A stretch of DNA of 63,838 bases, filler included, from Craspedostauros australis (GCA_030167865.1; 17 parts of 17 records of this genome joined end to end with filler, not necessarily neighbours in it); one strand, 5' to 3'; counted from the whole stretch's first letter, positions 46,319 through 59,419 are shown. Notes: a model not told the origin generated them from the letters alone. Program-made: numbers and translations.

Positions 46319-47587
46319 TCATCTGCCTGCATCAAGCGACTCCACGCGTCGACTCACCGCTGTCATGCCAACTACTCTGACTCTACATCGCAAGTGCGTC
46401 GCGGAGTCGATGTGGGGACACCTTCGCAGTAGGTGGCCAGCACCTGCGCACCGCATAAACGTCGCCAGCTGCATGCGCATGAGAGCACCCTTGGGGACTT
46501 TTGCGCAAGGAACGCAGGTTTGATGTCTTATTGTAGACTTGCCACAGGAGGCTAGTTCTTTACAATGCTTGTCATGGAGCTCTCCTCGTCGGTGTAGCTG
46601 TGTTGAAGTCATGAATTTAGGTTCCCTACATTCTTCTCTTGTACAGGTGCACACAACCCCATCGAAGCTGCCATGATTGGTGTCGCAACACGGCTACATA
46701 GTCAGAGCGCAAATTGCACAAAAACGACTATTGTATTCACAAAATGCGCATTTTCCTGCGTTGGGGAGTGCGACATTGCGACAACGGCGCACAACCGATC
46801 GCACGCAGGCGCCTGAACTGTCCTTTGTTGTCATCATTCCATCTGTGCGCCGTAGTGTGTCTGCATGGGCGTTGATGGGGTAGTGGGATGTCATCATTGA
46901 GGGTCTCCACTTCTGCATTGTGGGAGACACGCAGGCGCCATGTAACATATGTGTCACGGTGAGACCGACGTGGCAACAGACAGACAGAGAGCGAGAGAGA
47001 GAGAGAGGGAGGGAGAACATGCAACGTCGCCATGCAAACCATGTCAGTGTGACAAATAAGTGCGTGGTGTCCCTCCCTCTGGCGTTTCGGCAGTTGGTTG
47101 GTTGATTTCGCCGTTTGCTCCCTTCAAGACAGCACGACCTGTCCCAAAAGGCGTGTCGGTCTACGTATACCCGCGATTGCGGCACCATCTGTTCGTCTTT
47201 CGCTAAATTCTCAACAAACAAAGCACCACGTCGTTGCCTGATGTGCGGTGCTGCATGCCACCAAGACACCCAGCGCCCTCCTTCATACAACTCCAATGAA
47301 GTGCCGGAATAGAATGCCGGAGGTACGGTGTTATTCGTGAATGCTGCCACACCACGTGGCGGTAGTTGTGCAGAACATACCACAACATCAATATCTTTCG
47401 AACAGTCAAGGATGTCAACATTGACGTCCTTGAGATATGCCCCTCTAGTGTATGCACTGTTCCATGCAACCTGCAATGCCAAACTTCTGGTGGGTTGTGC
47501 TTGATGAGTGGGATGGTGGATGAAGTCGTATGCAGGCTCCCTGGGGTTATGCGGTTTTTGAAAAAGCATGACGTGTTGGTATGGCAT
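46319..47587 (-). pseudogene. Putative Tudor/Agenet-like plus Cys/His-rich protein with one in-frame TAG and a probable intron
   Basis: 'FYSGTSLELYEGGRWVSWWHAA...GALFVE...VPQSRV' (47168-47314). A pyrimidine-rich stretch ends in a TGCAG acceptor at 46913. The downstream exon has CAFC, CAIC, CTC..C, HC..C and CVPC. ORFs 46694-47587 and 46319-46654 share a frame. Confidence 0.4.
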
Positions 47588-48025
47588 AGACCAGGTCTTC
47601 TTCCTTCAACTCCACCAATGGAACAGGCTACTTCAACTCTGCACTTTGCTCTGTGCTGGTGTGCTACGTCGACCTCTCCGCAAGGAATAGTGTGTATTGA
47701 AATAGGCACATGGAAACCTGTTGTTATGCCAAGCCAAGCGGCCGTTACGTTCAAGCCTACCTTGAAGATGATCCAAACGATACGAAGAAGTATGAAACGC
47801 CAACCCAGAGAGATGTCAGTGCCACGATGCTGACGTCTGACAGCATCGACAACGATTGTGTAGAGCGGAACTCAGCACGCAACCTCTCTGTGCATGAGGA
47901 ACAGTAGATGGGGCTGTGGATCTCGGTCTCTGCGCAACTCGCATGGTGGATGTGCCACCGTGAATCCGTGCAATAGTGCTCACACAAGACAACGGCAATT
48001 TCTTCTTTTCGCTTCTGATGATTGC

Positions 48026-49212
48026 ATGGCAACCAACAGCGTCATGTGCTCGGTCGAATACAATCGCGCTCTTCCAAGAGGTTACTTCGCAGTCACAGGT
48101 TTTTCTATGATTGGGTATTGCTATGAGTTACACGATATCCCTCATGTCAGCAAAGCTGTCCAAGGTCGTTTCAACGCCGTATTTGGAACGACTGGGGAAG
48201 TCTTGCATCTGCTGTGGAATGACATGTGGATGCATGGAATGATTCCACGAAGTATGCAACCAAAGCATTTCTTGTGGACAAGCGCTTTTCTCAAACAGTA
48301 TTCATCGGCATCTATCCTTGCGAGCTTGGCGAAATGCAGCACTAAGACATTTAGAGAGTGGGTGTGGAAGGTGCTCGAAACCATGGAGTATGCGAAGCCA
48401 CTGGTGGTAGGTATAGTGTGTACAGCATGACGAGAGTGAAACACGCAGCATGTGGCTCGTCCTTTCTTCGTTTTCTCACGTGTGGTCTCGTTCTGTCTCC
48501 GTTGCGCTATTCTCGCTCTTGTTGAGGCGTTCAATTTCACCACGCGAAGTTGCACTGGGGAAACCGATTCCGCAACGCATCCCCACAAGCTGTTGCTCTG
48601 GTGACAGTGGATGGAACCGACATGCGTATCAAGGAACCAAAACCATTCAACAAAGGGTGGTACTCACACAAATTTAAGGGGTCAGGTGTTCGCTACGAAA
48701 TCGCTGTTTCCATCTCCAGCGGTGAGATCGTGTGGGCAAATGGCCCGTTCCCCTGCGGCATGTTCAACGACCTTCAGATCTTCCGTTTTGGCCTCAAACA
48801 TCAACTTCGCGAAGGCGAAATGGTGGTGGCGGATGCTGGGTACAAGGCAGACAAACACGTCTGGGGACCAAGCTCGGTCACTGATGGTGTCTGCCGCGCA
48901 CGCCACGAAACCATCAATCGCCGCATCAAACATTGGAGATGCATGAAAGAGATTTGGACGCATGATCCAAACAAACACCACCTCGCATTCAACGCAGTTG
49001 CTTTGTTGACCCAGATTGAACTCTCGCATGGCTTTCCTGCATTTGATGTCGAAAGTGCGCTCGCAAACTCGTTGCACAAACGCCGGAAGAAATTCTGGGC
49101 GAGTGTGGTGAAGAATCCGAAATCGCTCAGAGCCCAGACATGGGTCCCGCATGCAGCACGGGTCGATCTCCTCGAAACAAAACACCAAAATGTCCCACCA
49201 AACAAAGCGTAA
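48026..49212 (+). CDS. PIF/Harbinger-superfamily (DDE_Tnp_4-type) transposase, two exons (48026-48406 and 48550-49212)
   Basis: HTH-like 'KHFLWTSAFLKQY...TFREWVW'; phase-0 intron GTAGGT...AAG; catalytic motifs VDGTD, WYSHKF, NDLQIF, ADAGY and RARHETINRRIK. Confidence 0.88.
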
Positions 49213-49580
49213 CAATAATACTCCCGCCGTTGTTTTCTCCGTTGTTCTCTAATTTTACGTCGCTGTTCTCAGTTCGCAAAGGGCATGTGTTGTTCTTGGA
49301 ATCATTGCTGAGGGAAACGAAAACGATGTGAGGAGATGGACTGTGCGCCGCAAATGCCGCAAGCCGTGATTTGAGGCGACAAAGCGAGTCGTGATCAACG
49401 CTCAGAATGGAAAAGGCGTAATAATGTGGAGGAATAGCAGCAATCGTTCCACTGTCAGCGATTGTGCCGAACGCCCGCCTNNNNNNNNNNNNNNNNNNNN
49501 NNNNNNNNNNNNNNNNNNNNNNNNTTAATTAATTAANNNNNNNNNNNNNNNNNNNNNNNNNNNNNNNNNNNNNNNNNNNN

Positions 49581-50620
49581 GACGCGCCGGTCGTGCCGTG
49601 CCTTCGCTTCCAGTATCTCGGAAAAGAATTCCTGACGCGTGGTGTCATCGTCAAACTCAACCTCGAGATCCAACCGCACTTGGTCTTGTACCCAATACAT
49701 GAGGGCGATGAGCAGGCGCCTCGTCGCTCTGGAGATATGGAAGGCATCTTGACCTCTGCGAGAGTACTGGTTGCAAGCGGTGTCGATGGCTTCCGCTGTC
49801 TCATGTTGCAACCCTTCGAGTCCAACGTTCTGCGGCACGAAGTCGTCGCGAACGATGTTGCGGTGGGGAATCGAGTCAAACCCCAACCAGGTGAAGANNN
49901 NNNNNNNNNNNNNNNNNNNNNNNNNNNNNNNNNNNNNNNNNNNNNNNNNNNNNNNNNNNNNNNNNNNNNNNNNNNNNNNNNNAGTCCGTTGAGCTCCCAA
50001 GTGACCTGACTTCTGCGAGCCGTCGCTCCTGCCGTCACTGGTTCCAAATCGCAGAGCGAAGCAACTGATAAACCGAATGATTCTGGCCTGCTTGCGTGCT
50101 CAGGATGCGAAGTGGAGCACTCTCAGGCACACAGATGACAGTCTTCTATTGCTTATCTGTTGTTGGTGTATTGCTGATACACTCCTTGTTGTGAACCAGA
50201 TTGTGACCGCATGCCATGAATCCAACAAAGACACATGCTCTGTTNGTTTTTTTCCCNTTGTGTTGTTTCAGCCACAAACACTCCGCCTCGGTTGCTTATG
50301 ACTGTACGGTCACAGAATCTTTGACCAATACGAGCTACGCGACTCGTTTGACCCTAAAACTTGCTCTCAATGGAACGTGACATCTGGAGAGCAGAAGGAC
50401 GCCCACTGACGTCAACGGGATGTCAACATGTCACCACGTCGACAGCTGTCTCCAAGTCAGGGCAGGAGGCGAAGATACAATGACCCATGAAGATCATGGA
50501 TACTGAAGGTGAACTTCAAATGGTAAGTACTCATGGAGTAGAAGCCAGTACTGAACGAACGGAGTGTCGAATGCGGAGCACGCATCGAACACGGAGTATC
50601 GTGTAGCATGAGCACATGAT

Positions 50621-50660
<40 letters not shown>

Positions 50661-50856
50661 CAGAGAGGATCTCGCGTGCCGACTCATAGTCGGAGACCGA
50701 ATCTACGAAACAGATTGAAGCGCCGAGAGCATCGGGCAAGAGAACGGCGTACACCGAGAGGATCGGAGTAGCCAACTAATGAAATAGCAAACGAACGACT
50801 ATCAACCAACACCATCTTCCACGATCGTAGGTTACCGTGAGCGGAACTTGCCAACA
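49581..50856 (-). mobile_element. 5' part of a CoDi-type LTR retrotransposon (LTR starting TGTTGGC at 50856, leader, gag N-terminus) inserted into a piggyBac-like transposase
   Basis: Gag-like 'LLIALMYWVQDQVRL' (49581-50047). piggyBac similarity stops abruptly at TGTTGG (50856). The 3' end of the LTR was not resolved. Confidence 0.6.
50623..50657. repeat. (GA)n microsatellite within the putative LTR
   Basis: Tandem GA units read directly. Confidence 0.9.
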
Positions 50857-51481
50857 TGTTGGTGTGGTTGAGAAGGGGCTGAACCTTGGCATACCATGAA
50901 CGATCCATTTGGATTGCTGGATGATAGTTGGAGGATGGTTTCCGTTGTGATAGTGTGGATGCTCTTGCATCCCTGCTTGGGCTCTGTGGGCTACCAGCAG
51001 CATGCTCCTCAGCTTCTGGTGGCAACCCTTCTGACACTCCTGATGCATTCCATTCCCAAGCTGGAACAAAGTCCATGGGGCTCATGTCATCCTCAGCTTC
51101 TGGTAGTTCAGCTGTAGTCTCCACCAACAATTCAGACACTTTGTCCAAGGTTGGCAATGCAGTGAGGTGCATATGCTTCCATACCATTTCATATCTTGCT
51201 CTGGACATGTATGTCATGAGTAGATGAGTTGGAACAGAGATCGAGGCAGCTCTCCAGTAGTCAATTTTTGCTGGAACTCAGAAGAATCCCATTTAGTAGT
51301 ACATGGCAAAGAAGATGTACAGCTCAGGGGCAGTGATGGCAGTTGCCATCAATTTGATGTTGCAAAGATGGCTGTTGGTGTGGAATTGGATCTTCTCCAG
51401 TAGTGAAACTGGAAAGAAGATTTCCAGGATAGTGTCAATGTTCATTTCTACATTGCGGATGGGCTGGACGTGCAGTTGCAT
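50857..51481 (-). pseudogene. Decayed piggyBac-like (DDE_Tnp_1_7) transposase, N-terminal part
   Basis: 'FFPVSLLEKIQFHTN...ITAPELYIFFAMYY*MG..PAKIDYW...MSRARYEMVWKHMHL...WYAKVQPLLNH' matches the PGBD-type pattern. Stops are present. Confidence 0.75.
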
Positions 51482-51791
51482 GCACTCACAGGTAGTGGCA
51501 CATACTTAAGTGCTGGCTTTGTCTCATGTTGATGTTATATGTGGTTCCCTGGATGATGTTGAGATGCAGATCCAGCCCCTTGGGGAGCAGANNNNNNNNN
51601 NNNNNNNNNNNNNNNNNNNNNNNNNNNNNNNNNNNTTAATTAATTAANNNNNNNNNNNNNNNNNNNNNNNNNNNNNNNNNNNNNNNNNNNNACTTCAGAT
51701 ATATGATCTACATGGCCAGACACCAACTACAATCCTGACTGGCGACACCACCGACATCTCACACATTTCAGAATTTGGGTGGTTCGACTTT

Positions 51792-54034
51792 GTGTGGTAC
51801 ATGAATCTCCAGGGAGCAAACATGAACACAAAACATCTTGGTCGCTACCTCGGTCCGTCGAAGGCCGTGGGTGAGGCGATGTGCTCGTACATTCTCACAT
51901 CTTCTGGCGCTGTTGTTTCTAAATCCTCTGTCATTCCTTTATCCGATGTCGACCTCAACAGTGAAGCAGTNAAACANCAACAATCCGACTTCATGTCCAA
52001 TCTACGAAANAAATGGAAAGATCGAATGGAAGGCATCAAGCCAGGGGACGACGGAGACGACGTCGACGACACAGCCGAAGACATTGCATTCCTGGAGCAG
52101 ACCACATCACTGGAACCTTTGATAGAGCCAGCTGACGCCGACGAAGACGCATATGATCGATATCTGTCCGCTCGAGTCAAGCTACCTGCGGGTGATGACA
52201 TCCAATTTGGTACTGTGAAGCGCCGAAAACGCGATGCGAGCGGGAAGCTGATTGGTCACTCACATTCAAATCCACTTCTTGACACNTCCATGTATGAGGT
52301 TGAATTTGTCGACGGGCACAGNGAAGTGTTCAATGCGAATCAGATCGCAGAAAATATTTACGCACGAACAGACGACGACGGATACACGACGCTCCTGATG
52401 GAGGACATCATTGACCACAAGCGACTTCCTACTGCAGCAACCGCTGATGACAAGACAGCTACGAAGACAACAAAGGGATGGAAGCTGTGTGTGTTATGGA
52501 AAGACGGATCTACATCATGGATTCATTTACGCGATGCCAAGGAGGCTGATCCTGTGAAGACAGCCGAATACGCAACCAACAACCAGCTCACCAATGAGCC
52601 TGCCTTTCGATGGTGGGTTCCATACACAATGAAGCGGCGCAACCGCATCCTGATGGCCAACCGCAAACAATACTTCCGACGAAATGAGAAATATGGTCTC
52701 GAACTACCGAAGAGCGTCCAACGTGCTCTTGCGATCGACGAGGAGACAGGAACCGACTTCTGGCGCAAAGCGTTAGAGAAAGAGATGAAGAACGTTCGAC
52801 CAGCTTTCGACATCAAGACCGAAGACACGAAGCCACCAGTCGGGCACACCTACATTGCATGTCACATGATCTTCGATATCAAAGTCGACCTCACACGGAA
52901 GGCGCGACTTGTGGCAGGCGGTCACATGACTGAAGCACCATCCAGCATAACATATGCCAGTGTGGTGACACGCGAAAGTGTGCGAATCGCATTCCTCTTG
53001 GCGGCGCTGAACGACCTCGATGTGCTTGCAGCAGATGTGATGAACGCATACCTCAACGCGCCATGCCGCGAACGCGTCTACACAACATGTGGACCTGAGT
53101 TCGGGGCAGACGCAGGCAAGGTAGCGATAATCTGTCGCGCACTCTATGGGCTCAAGTCAAGCGGCGCTGCCTGGAGGGCACACCTTGCAGAGACACTGCA
53201 GAACTCACTTGGATTCACCTCGTGTCGTGCAGACAGCGATGTTTGGATGAAGCCAGCAGTGACGAGCGATGGGTCTGAATATTACGAGTACATCCTCGTG
53301 TACACTGATGACATTCTGGCGATCTCCAAAGATCCCAGCGCGATACTCTCACACATTGGTTCTTACTTCTTTCTNAAACCCGCCTCGATCGGTCCACCAA
53401 CAACATACCTCGGCTCTACAATCGCTCCATTCCATCTCACAGCAGAACCGGAGCGGCCGAAGTGGAGTATGGGATCCCAGCGATACGTCCGAGAGGTCAC
53501 AAAGATGGCGCAGAAATGGCTTGAGGCCCGTGGCGGTAAATTCCGTACCAGCGCGAAAAGCGTAATACCAAACGGATACCGTCCAGAGCTTGACGCCACC
53601 GCCCTTTGTGATCCAGAGGAGATGAACTACTATCAACAGCTGATTGGGATCCTGAGGTGGATCGTCGAGTTGGGGCGGATCGACATATGCTGCGAGACAA
53701 GCATGATGTCTTCATACTGTGCTGCCCCCAGAACAGGGCATTTGCGTGTACTTTTCCATATGTTTGCCTATCTCAACTCACATGACCGATCACGTTTGGT
53801 GTTTGACGATGCATACGTCAAGAAGAACACCATTCCAACACCAGATTGGGCATCCTTCTACCCAGACGCACGCGAATTGATACCACATGATATGCCAAAA
53901 CCAAGAGGCAAAGAAGTGCAGATGACGTGTTTTGTTGATGCAGATCATGTAGGAGATCAATACACACGACGATCTCGAACAGGTGTTTTACTTTTCTTGA
54001 ATTCCTCACCCATCTTATGGTACAGCAAGAAGCA
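51792..54034 (+). CDS. pol: CoDi-type copia Pol fragment (integrase C-terminus, chromo-like module, RT, start of RNase H); close paralog of 20645-24547
   Basis: Colinear and highly similar to the 20645-24547 protein, for example GWKLCVLWKDGSTSWIHLRDAKEADPV, YTDD and FVDADH. Truncated at both scaffold edges. Confidence 0.95.
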
Positions 54035-55956
54035 NNNNNNNNNNNNNNNNNNNNNNNNNNNNNNNNNNNNNNNNNNNNTTAATTAATTAANNNNNNNNNN
54101 NNNNNNNNNNNNNNNNNNNNNNNNNNNNNNNNNNTATTGTGTGTTTGCTCTCGCTGATCCGTCTTCTACGTCACAGGGAACGTATTCCACGTCATGAAAA
54201 ACGAGTCACAACAGAGGAGACATCGTGTGACTCTTCCTCTGCAAGACAAGATGATGACTGCGCGCGGCAACAACAGAATGTGCCAGGCCAGGACAGCCAA
54301 CAACACTCCACGTTGACCAGTCTCACAATGGAAACCAGCAACATCCAATCGTCTTGGAATACGACGAAGCGCATTGACGAGCTGTCCGGCGCAGATGACA
54401 GTGCTTCGCCAATCACCACGACATCGTCTTCACCTTGGCTGCCAATCCTGTGAATGATGCATGCACAGCTCACCCAATCCACATTCTTGCCACTGTTACG
54501 GTTTCCATTTTTCTTCTCCTGTCTTGTGGTGCGCACATGATCAACGTGGTACGGTATGCATCTTGCGCAACCGTGCAGCACGATCCTCCTGCGAGAACGC
54601 TGAAGCGAGAAGGACGAAATCAACACATCCAAAAGTACCGATATGGATCATCTTCCTAATTTTGTCTTGGGTCTGAAACCTGCATCACATTTCCGAATTC
54701 TTTCGAGTAGTTTTCTTGGATCTTTCAAATCGAAGTGTGATTGACACAAAGGACTCAAAACTCGAACAACGATTGGATTGATTCAGCACACATGGTCTAA
54801 CAACAAGGGAACTCATGGTGAATACTAGCTGTGTGTCAATAGAGGTTGCAAGCTGATTGTACGAGATTGGCTGGTCATGACGCACATCAGGCACACAAGG
54901 AGAACAGCACAGCACAGCACAGTGCATCACCAGTCATTGACGCGCAGCACGGCGCAGCGCACCACAGAACGGCATGGACAACACAGGAGGATGGTCACAA
55001 GGTGCCTTGTACCATCCACTCTTTCCTTTGTGGGAAGGTCACAGTCATTCTACATTCTGTGTAAGCTATGACTACAAGCAGCAGAGAAACAGGAGGAACT
55101 CGTTTGAGATGTGCTGTGTTTCCTCTGTCGACTTTGTGAGGAGGATTTTATGCCTCCGCTGTGTCGTTGTGGAATGGATTCGCAATTCGGGACTCGCAAA
55201 GTGTTCTCATTGGTTGGCGCATTTGATAGATTTGTGGTTAATTTCCATGGCCCCCAACAGCAAAAACTGTTTGAGAACACCAAACACAACACAACAACAC
55301 GACAATGGAGAAACACAACAAAACTCCTCAAGCGCTGTCGAACGGCATCGACAGCACTGCCACAACCAGCGGTCCAGAGCAAGATCTGAGGGCATAGGCG
55401 GAACCGCCATGGAAAGTTTGGTGGATGAGCAAGAGCGGGATGTCATCTTGGCTTATTTGGGGCCGTGGCAGGCCCACGCGCACACGGCACGATTCGGAGG
55501 AAAATCTGCTCATTGGATATGGTCTCTGCCTGGAATGCACAGGCCATTCCAACGACCATGGATGGGCAAGACGTATCCAAGAGGATACGGTGAAGATGCA
55601 CACGAAGTTTNAGGGTCGGGGGTGGCCTGGAAGGTGCCCTCCGCAAGAAACAAGTGGNGGGCAAGAGTTTTTTGGCGGGTGGCGGCGGACACATCACGTG
55701 ACTTCGCTGGTGATGGGTGCCATTGAAAAGTCACCCATATCGCCAAGCCACCCATTCAAGATGTGTTAGAAATCAACTCAAGATGGCCATGGCGAAGTAT
55801 CCTGCGCAGATACGGTCTGGAAGAGGCTGCANNNNNNNNNNNNNNNNNNNNNNNNNNNNNNNNNNNNNNNNNNNNTTAATTAATTAANNNNNNNNNNNNN
55901 NNNNNNNNNNNNNNNNNNNNNNNNNNNNNNNGAAGTACGCGTTTGAAGAACTGACC

Positions 55957-57870
55957 ATGGCTATCAACCATGAAACTCCGGAAGGCAATGTTGCCTTCAT
56001 GGCTGTGCTGGGATGTAAGAGCGGTACCTACGAAGATGGTGATCCACGCAAGGCGTGGAAGGCGCTCGAGCGCATCTACGAGCAACGTACTGCTCCAGTG
56101 AAGGCGCAGTTGTTGGCTCAACTCAACGGAATGCGGTTGAAGAAGGGCGAGCGCCCTGATTCGTTCCTCACCGAGATGGAGGTGCTCCGCAACCGTTTAG
56201 GGAATGCTGGCGTGAAGATCGACGTCGAGCAATACAACATGCTTGTACTCAACGCTCTCGAGAGAGACTACGAGATGGACGTGAAGCTCATAGAGCTCAA
56301 GTTCGCAGGCAAAGAAGACAAGATGACAGTTGAAGACATCCGCGAGGCCGTGTGCCTCACCTACGACCGCCACCATACCAAACATGGTTCTAAGCGCGAA
56401 GGAGGCAACCATGGCAAGGAGGAGATGGCCTTGGCCGCAATCGGCGGGTTCAAGGGCAACTGTCGCAACTGTGGCGTCTACGGGCACAAGAAGGCGGACT
56501 GTCGCTCCCCTACAAAGAGCGGCAACGGCAAGCAAGGCGGTGGCGCCAAGAAGAACGGCAACCGCGGCAACGGCAACCGCAACAACGGTAACTTCAGTGC
56601 CGGAGGCTTCAACGGCAAGTGCAAGTTCTGTGGCAAGACAGGCCACAAGATCTTACAATGCTTCAAGTTGAAAGCAGCGATGAAGGACGCAGACTCAGCC
56701 AATGTGGCTACTGACGGGATGGACGGCATGGACGACGTCGCGCTGGTCACCGTCGATGATGTGATGATGTGTCACGAAATCGCAGAGGATGGGAAAATCG
56801 CGCGCAACATCGAAAATGTGAGCGAAACCAAAATTCTCACCAACCACGAAATCGTGACAACACACACCCACGACACGGAGAGCGGCATCGAAAACCTCAT
56901 GGAGGACATGGCTCTCATGGTCGTCGATGGAGACCTGGCCGCAGGATTCTACAACGGGACCAACAACAACAATGACGATGGATCGGTCGAGGTGGTTGGG
57001 ATTCGCAACCCGAACGACTACGGTTATTACGGACCACAAGTCGATGCAGATCGCATGATGAGTGACAACTTGTTCTCGTCTGATGAGAGCGAAGCTGACG
57101 AAACCGAAAGCAACGAGATCGCGATGCCCGGCATCGACCTCCACGCNACGNCCTCAGCAAGGCGACCAGAGCCNATNNACAACGTNCGCCCCATCCGCTC
57201 CTACTTGGACGGATTGATCGAGACCGCGTCTCGACGCGACAGAGACAACGCGTGGTGCCCACTGTGCCTAACCAAAGGGCCTTTGTTCTCGTGGTGTGTT
57301 GACTGCCCGTTCTGCCCGTTCTTGATCCTCATCCCAGGAGGACCAAAGGGAGACGTGCCTGTAACACCAGCCGAGAAGCTCCAACGCCGCCAAATCCTTG
57401 GAAGCGACAACCCTCCCTATGCGGTGAGATGCTCGCTGTCCAACGTGATGCCTGCGAANNNNNNNNNNNNNNNNNNNNNNNNNNNNNNNNNNNNNNNNNN
57501 NNNNNNNNNNNNNNNNNNNNNNNNNNNNNNNNNNNNNNNNNNNNNNNNNNNNNNNNNNNNNNNNNNNNNNNNNNNNNNNNNNNNNNNNNNNNNNNNNNNN
57601 NNNNNNNNNNNNNNNNNNNNNNTGCTTGAGGAGAATCGTCTCCCGCCACTCCCGAAGAACCTGATCTCGCGTATGAGCGCCATGGCCGCGGATCGCCTGC
57701 TCTGGATTCACCATCCATCGGACAACGGGGTGCGCGACGGACACATGTTCGACGAGTTGCCTATCTACGGGTACAACCATGCGCACGAACTAGCCATGGT
57801 GATCGGTGACATGTACGACGCCGGCGAACGCAAGAAGACCATCGCGCCAGATCGCCACGAGGCAAACACC
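55957..57870 (+). CDS. gag: Ty1/copia Gag with two CCHC zinc knuckles and a long downstream extension (truncated)
   Basis: 'GDPRKAWKALERIY...PDSFLTEMEVLRNRL' (copia gag-type); knuckles CRNCGVYGHKKADC and CKFCGKTGHKILQC. Confidence 0.88.
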
Positions 57871-57970
57871 NNNNNNNNNNNNNNNNNNNNNNNNNNNNNN
57901 NNNNNNNNNNNNNNTTAATTAATTAANNNNNNNNNNNNNNNNNNNNNNNNNNNNNNNNNNNNNNNNNNNN

Positions 57971-59319
57971 ACGACTCCAATGTCAGGGTGCGTTCGGAGG
58001 GACGAGGTGTTGGCGATGGTACGTTGGTGAGCGTTATCGTGAACGCGCCACCCCTGCCTGCTGCAGCTGATGTTGCACCACCTGCCGAGCCTGCCCCACC
58101 GGCGAGGCTCCCTCGTCACTGCAATGCTGTTGTTGCTGGTGTCTATGCAGACACCTCCAATGACAGCGACACCACCTACGACGACAACGACAGGGGTGAA
58201 CGAACGCGTGCCAGCAGGAACAGGAGAGGAGGTCAGTTCGGNNNNNNNNNNNNNNNNNNNNNNNNNNNNNNNNNNNNNNNNNNNNNNNNNNNNNNNNNNN
58301 NNNNNNNNNNNNNNNNNNNNNNNNNNNNNNNNNNNNNNNNNNNNNNNNNNNNNNNNNNNNNNNNNNNNNNNNNNNNNNNNNCAACATGGTGGAACTTGAC
58401 ACGCGTGTGGGTCACTGTGGCTACTGCGCTCTGGGGTGTCTTGCTCCCTCAGGAGGAGTTGCCAACTCGTCAGATTAAACAGGTGGTGGGGTTTGTCCGC
58501 GCTCGCGTGGACCTGCCGCCGCCTGCACTCGGTTCAAATCTGTACACCCTGTGTGTGAGGGGGGAAAAGACAATTGCTAACGTGGCGAAAGCCGTTCTCG
58601 CTGCATCTACTTCATGCAACAATGTCACTGCAATCCTGTCTCGTCATGTGGAAATCATGCCGGAGGAACAACGTATTCGTGTCGCACCAGCACGCGCCAC
58701 TAACACTAGGAGTCAACTAACAACGTTGCGACGCGCCTTCGACATATTCAGCNGTGGCGGAATCATTCCGCCCAAGGTTCTACAGTATCGTGTGCGTGCT
58801 TGCAACCTGTCTGGTGTGACGTCGTTTCTCATGACCACCACTACATACAAGGCAGGGTTGAGTCACACGGTACAGTTTGGAGGTGTCAAATTTGAAAATG
58901 TCCCCGTGTTCGATCGCGGAAGCACTACCATCGAACAACTATTCGGCATGTACTCATCCACGACCAACAACCCAGTGGGAATGCCCGCTTTCACCCTCAT
59001 CACCAACCTACTCACACGCAAAAGCAAGATCAAGACGGGCCTCTCTTCCTTCGAAAGCTANTTCTGGATGGCNACGGAGAAACTCAAACAGGCGATTTCG
59101 CGCCTAGTAGACCTACTGAAGGCTAAGTATGAAACAGACGGGGAGGAACAAAACGATGCCAATGACAAGAGCGACAACCACAACGACGAGCCAGATGACG
59201 TCATCGCGCCACATGTGCGCACAGCCGATTCCCTTTTGCATGCACTCGAACTGCTTGTTGTGTTCCTCAAATGGGAATTCACCGCCTCCCACATGCAGCT
59301 TCAGTGTGACGATCCCATG
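57971..59319 (+). CDS. N-terminal half of a second Sola3-like transposase (paralog of 14568-19391)
   Basis: Shares LWGVLLP, IPPKVLQYRV.AC.LSGV.SFL.TTTTYKAGL, FENVPVFDRG and LELLVVF.KWEFTASHMQ with the 14568-19391 protein. Confidence 0.85.
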
Positions 59320-59419
59320 NNNNNNNNNNNNNNNNNNNNNNNNNNNNNNNNNNNNNNNNNNNNTTAATTAATTAANNNNNNNNNNNNNNNNNNNNNNNNN
59401 NNNNNNNNNNNNNNNNNNN

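Larger units (their letters stand above)
42445..49376. mobile_element. Candidate PIF/Harbinger-type DNA transposon carrying several genes (boundaries tentative)
   Basis: Contains the transposase at 48026-49212. An imperfect inverted repeat links 42464-42486 and 49338-49360 (19/23 match), with CCTCAA and TTGAGG further out. No TSD identified. Confidence 0.45.

Noticed and set aside
54135..55831. Possible degenerate host gene
   Set aside because: Only short, stop-interrupted frames with no motif I can identify.
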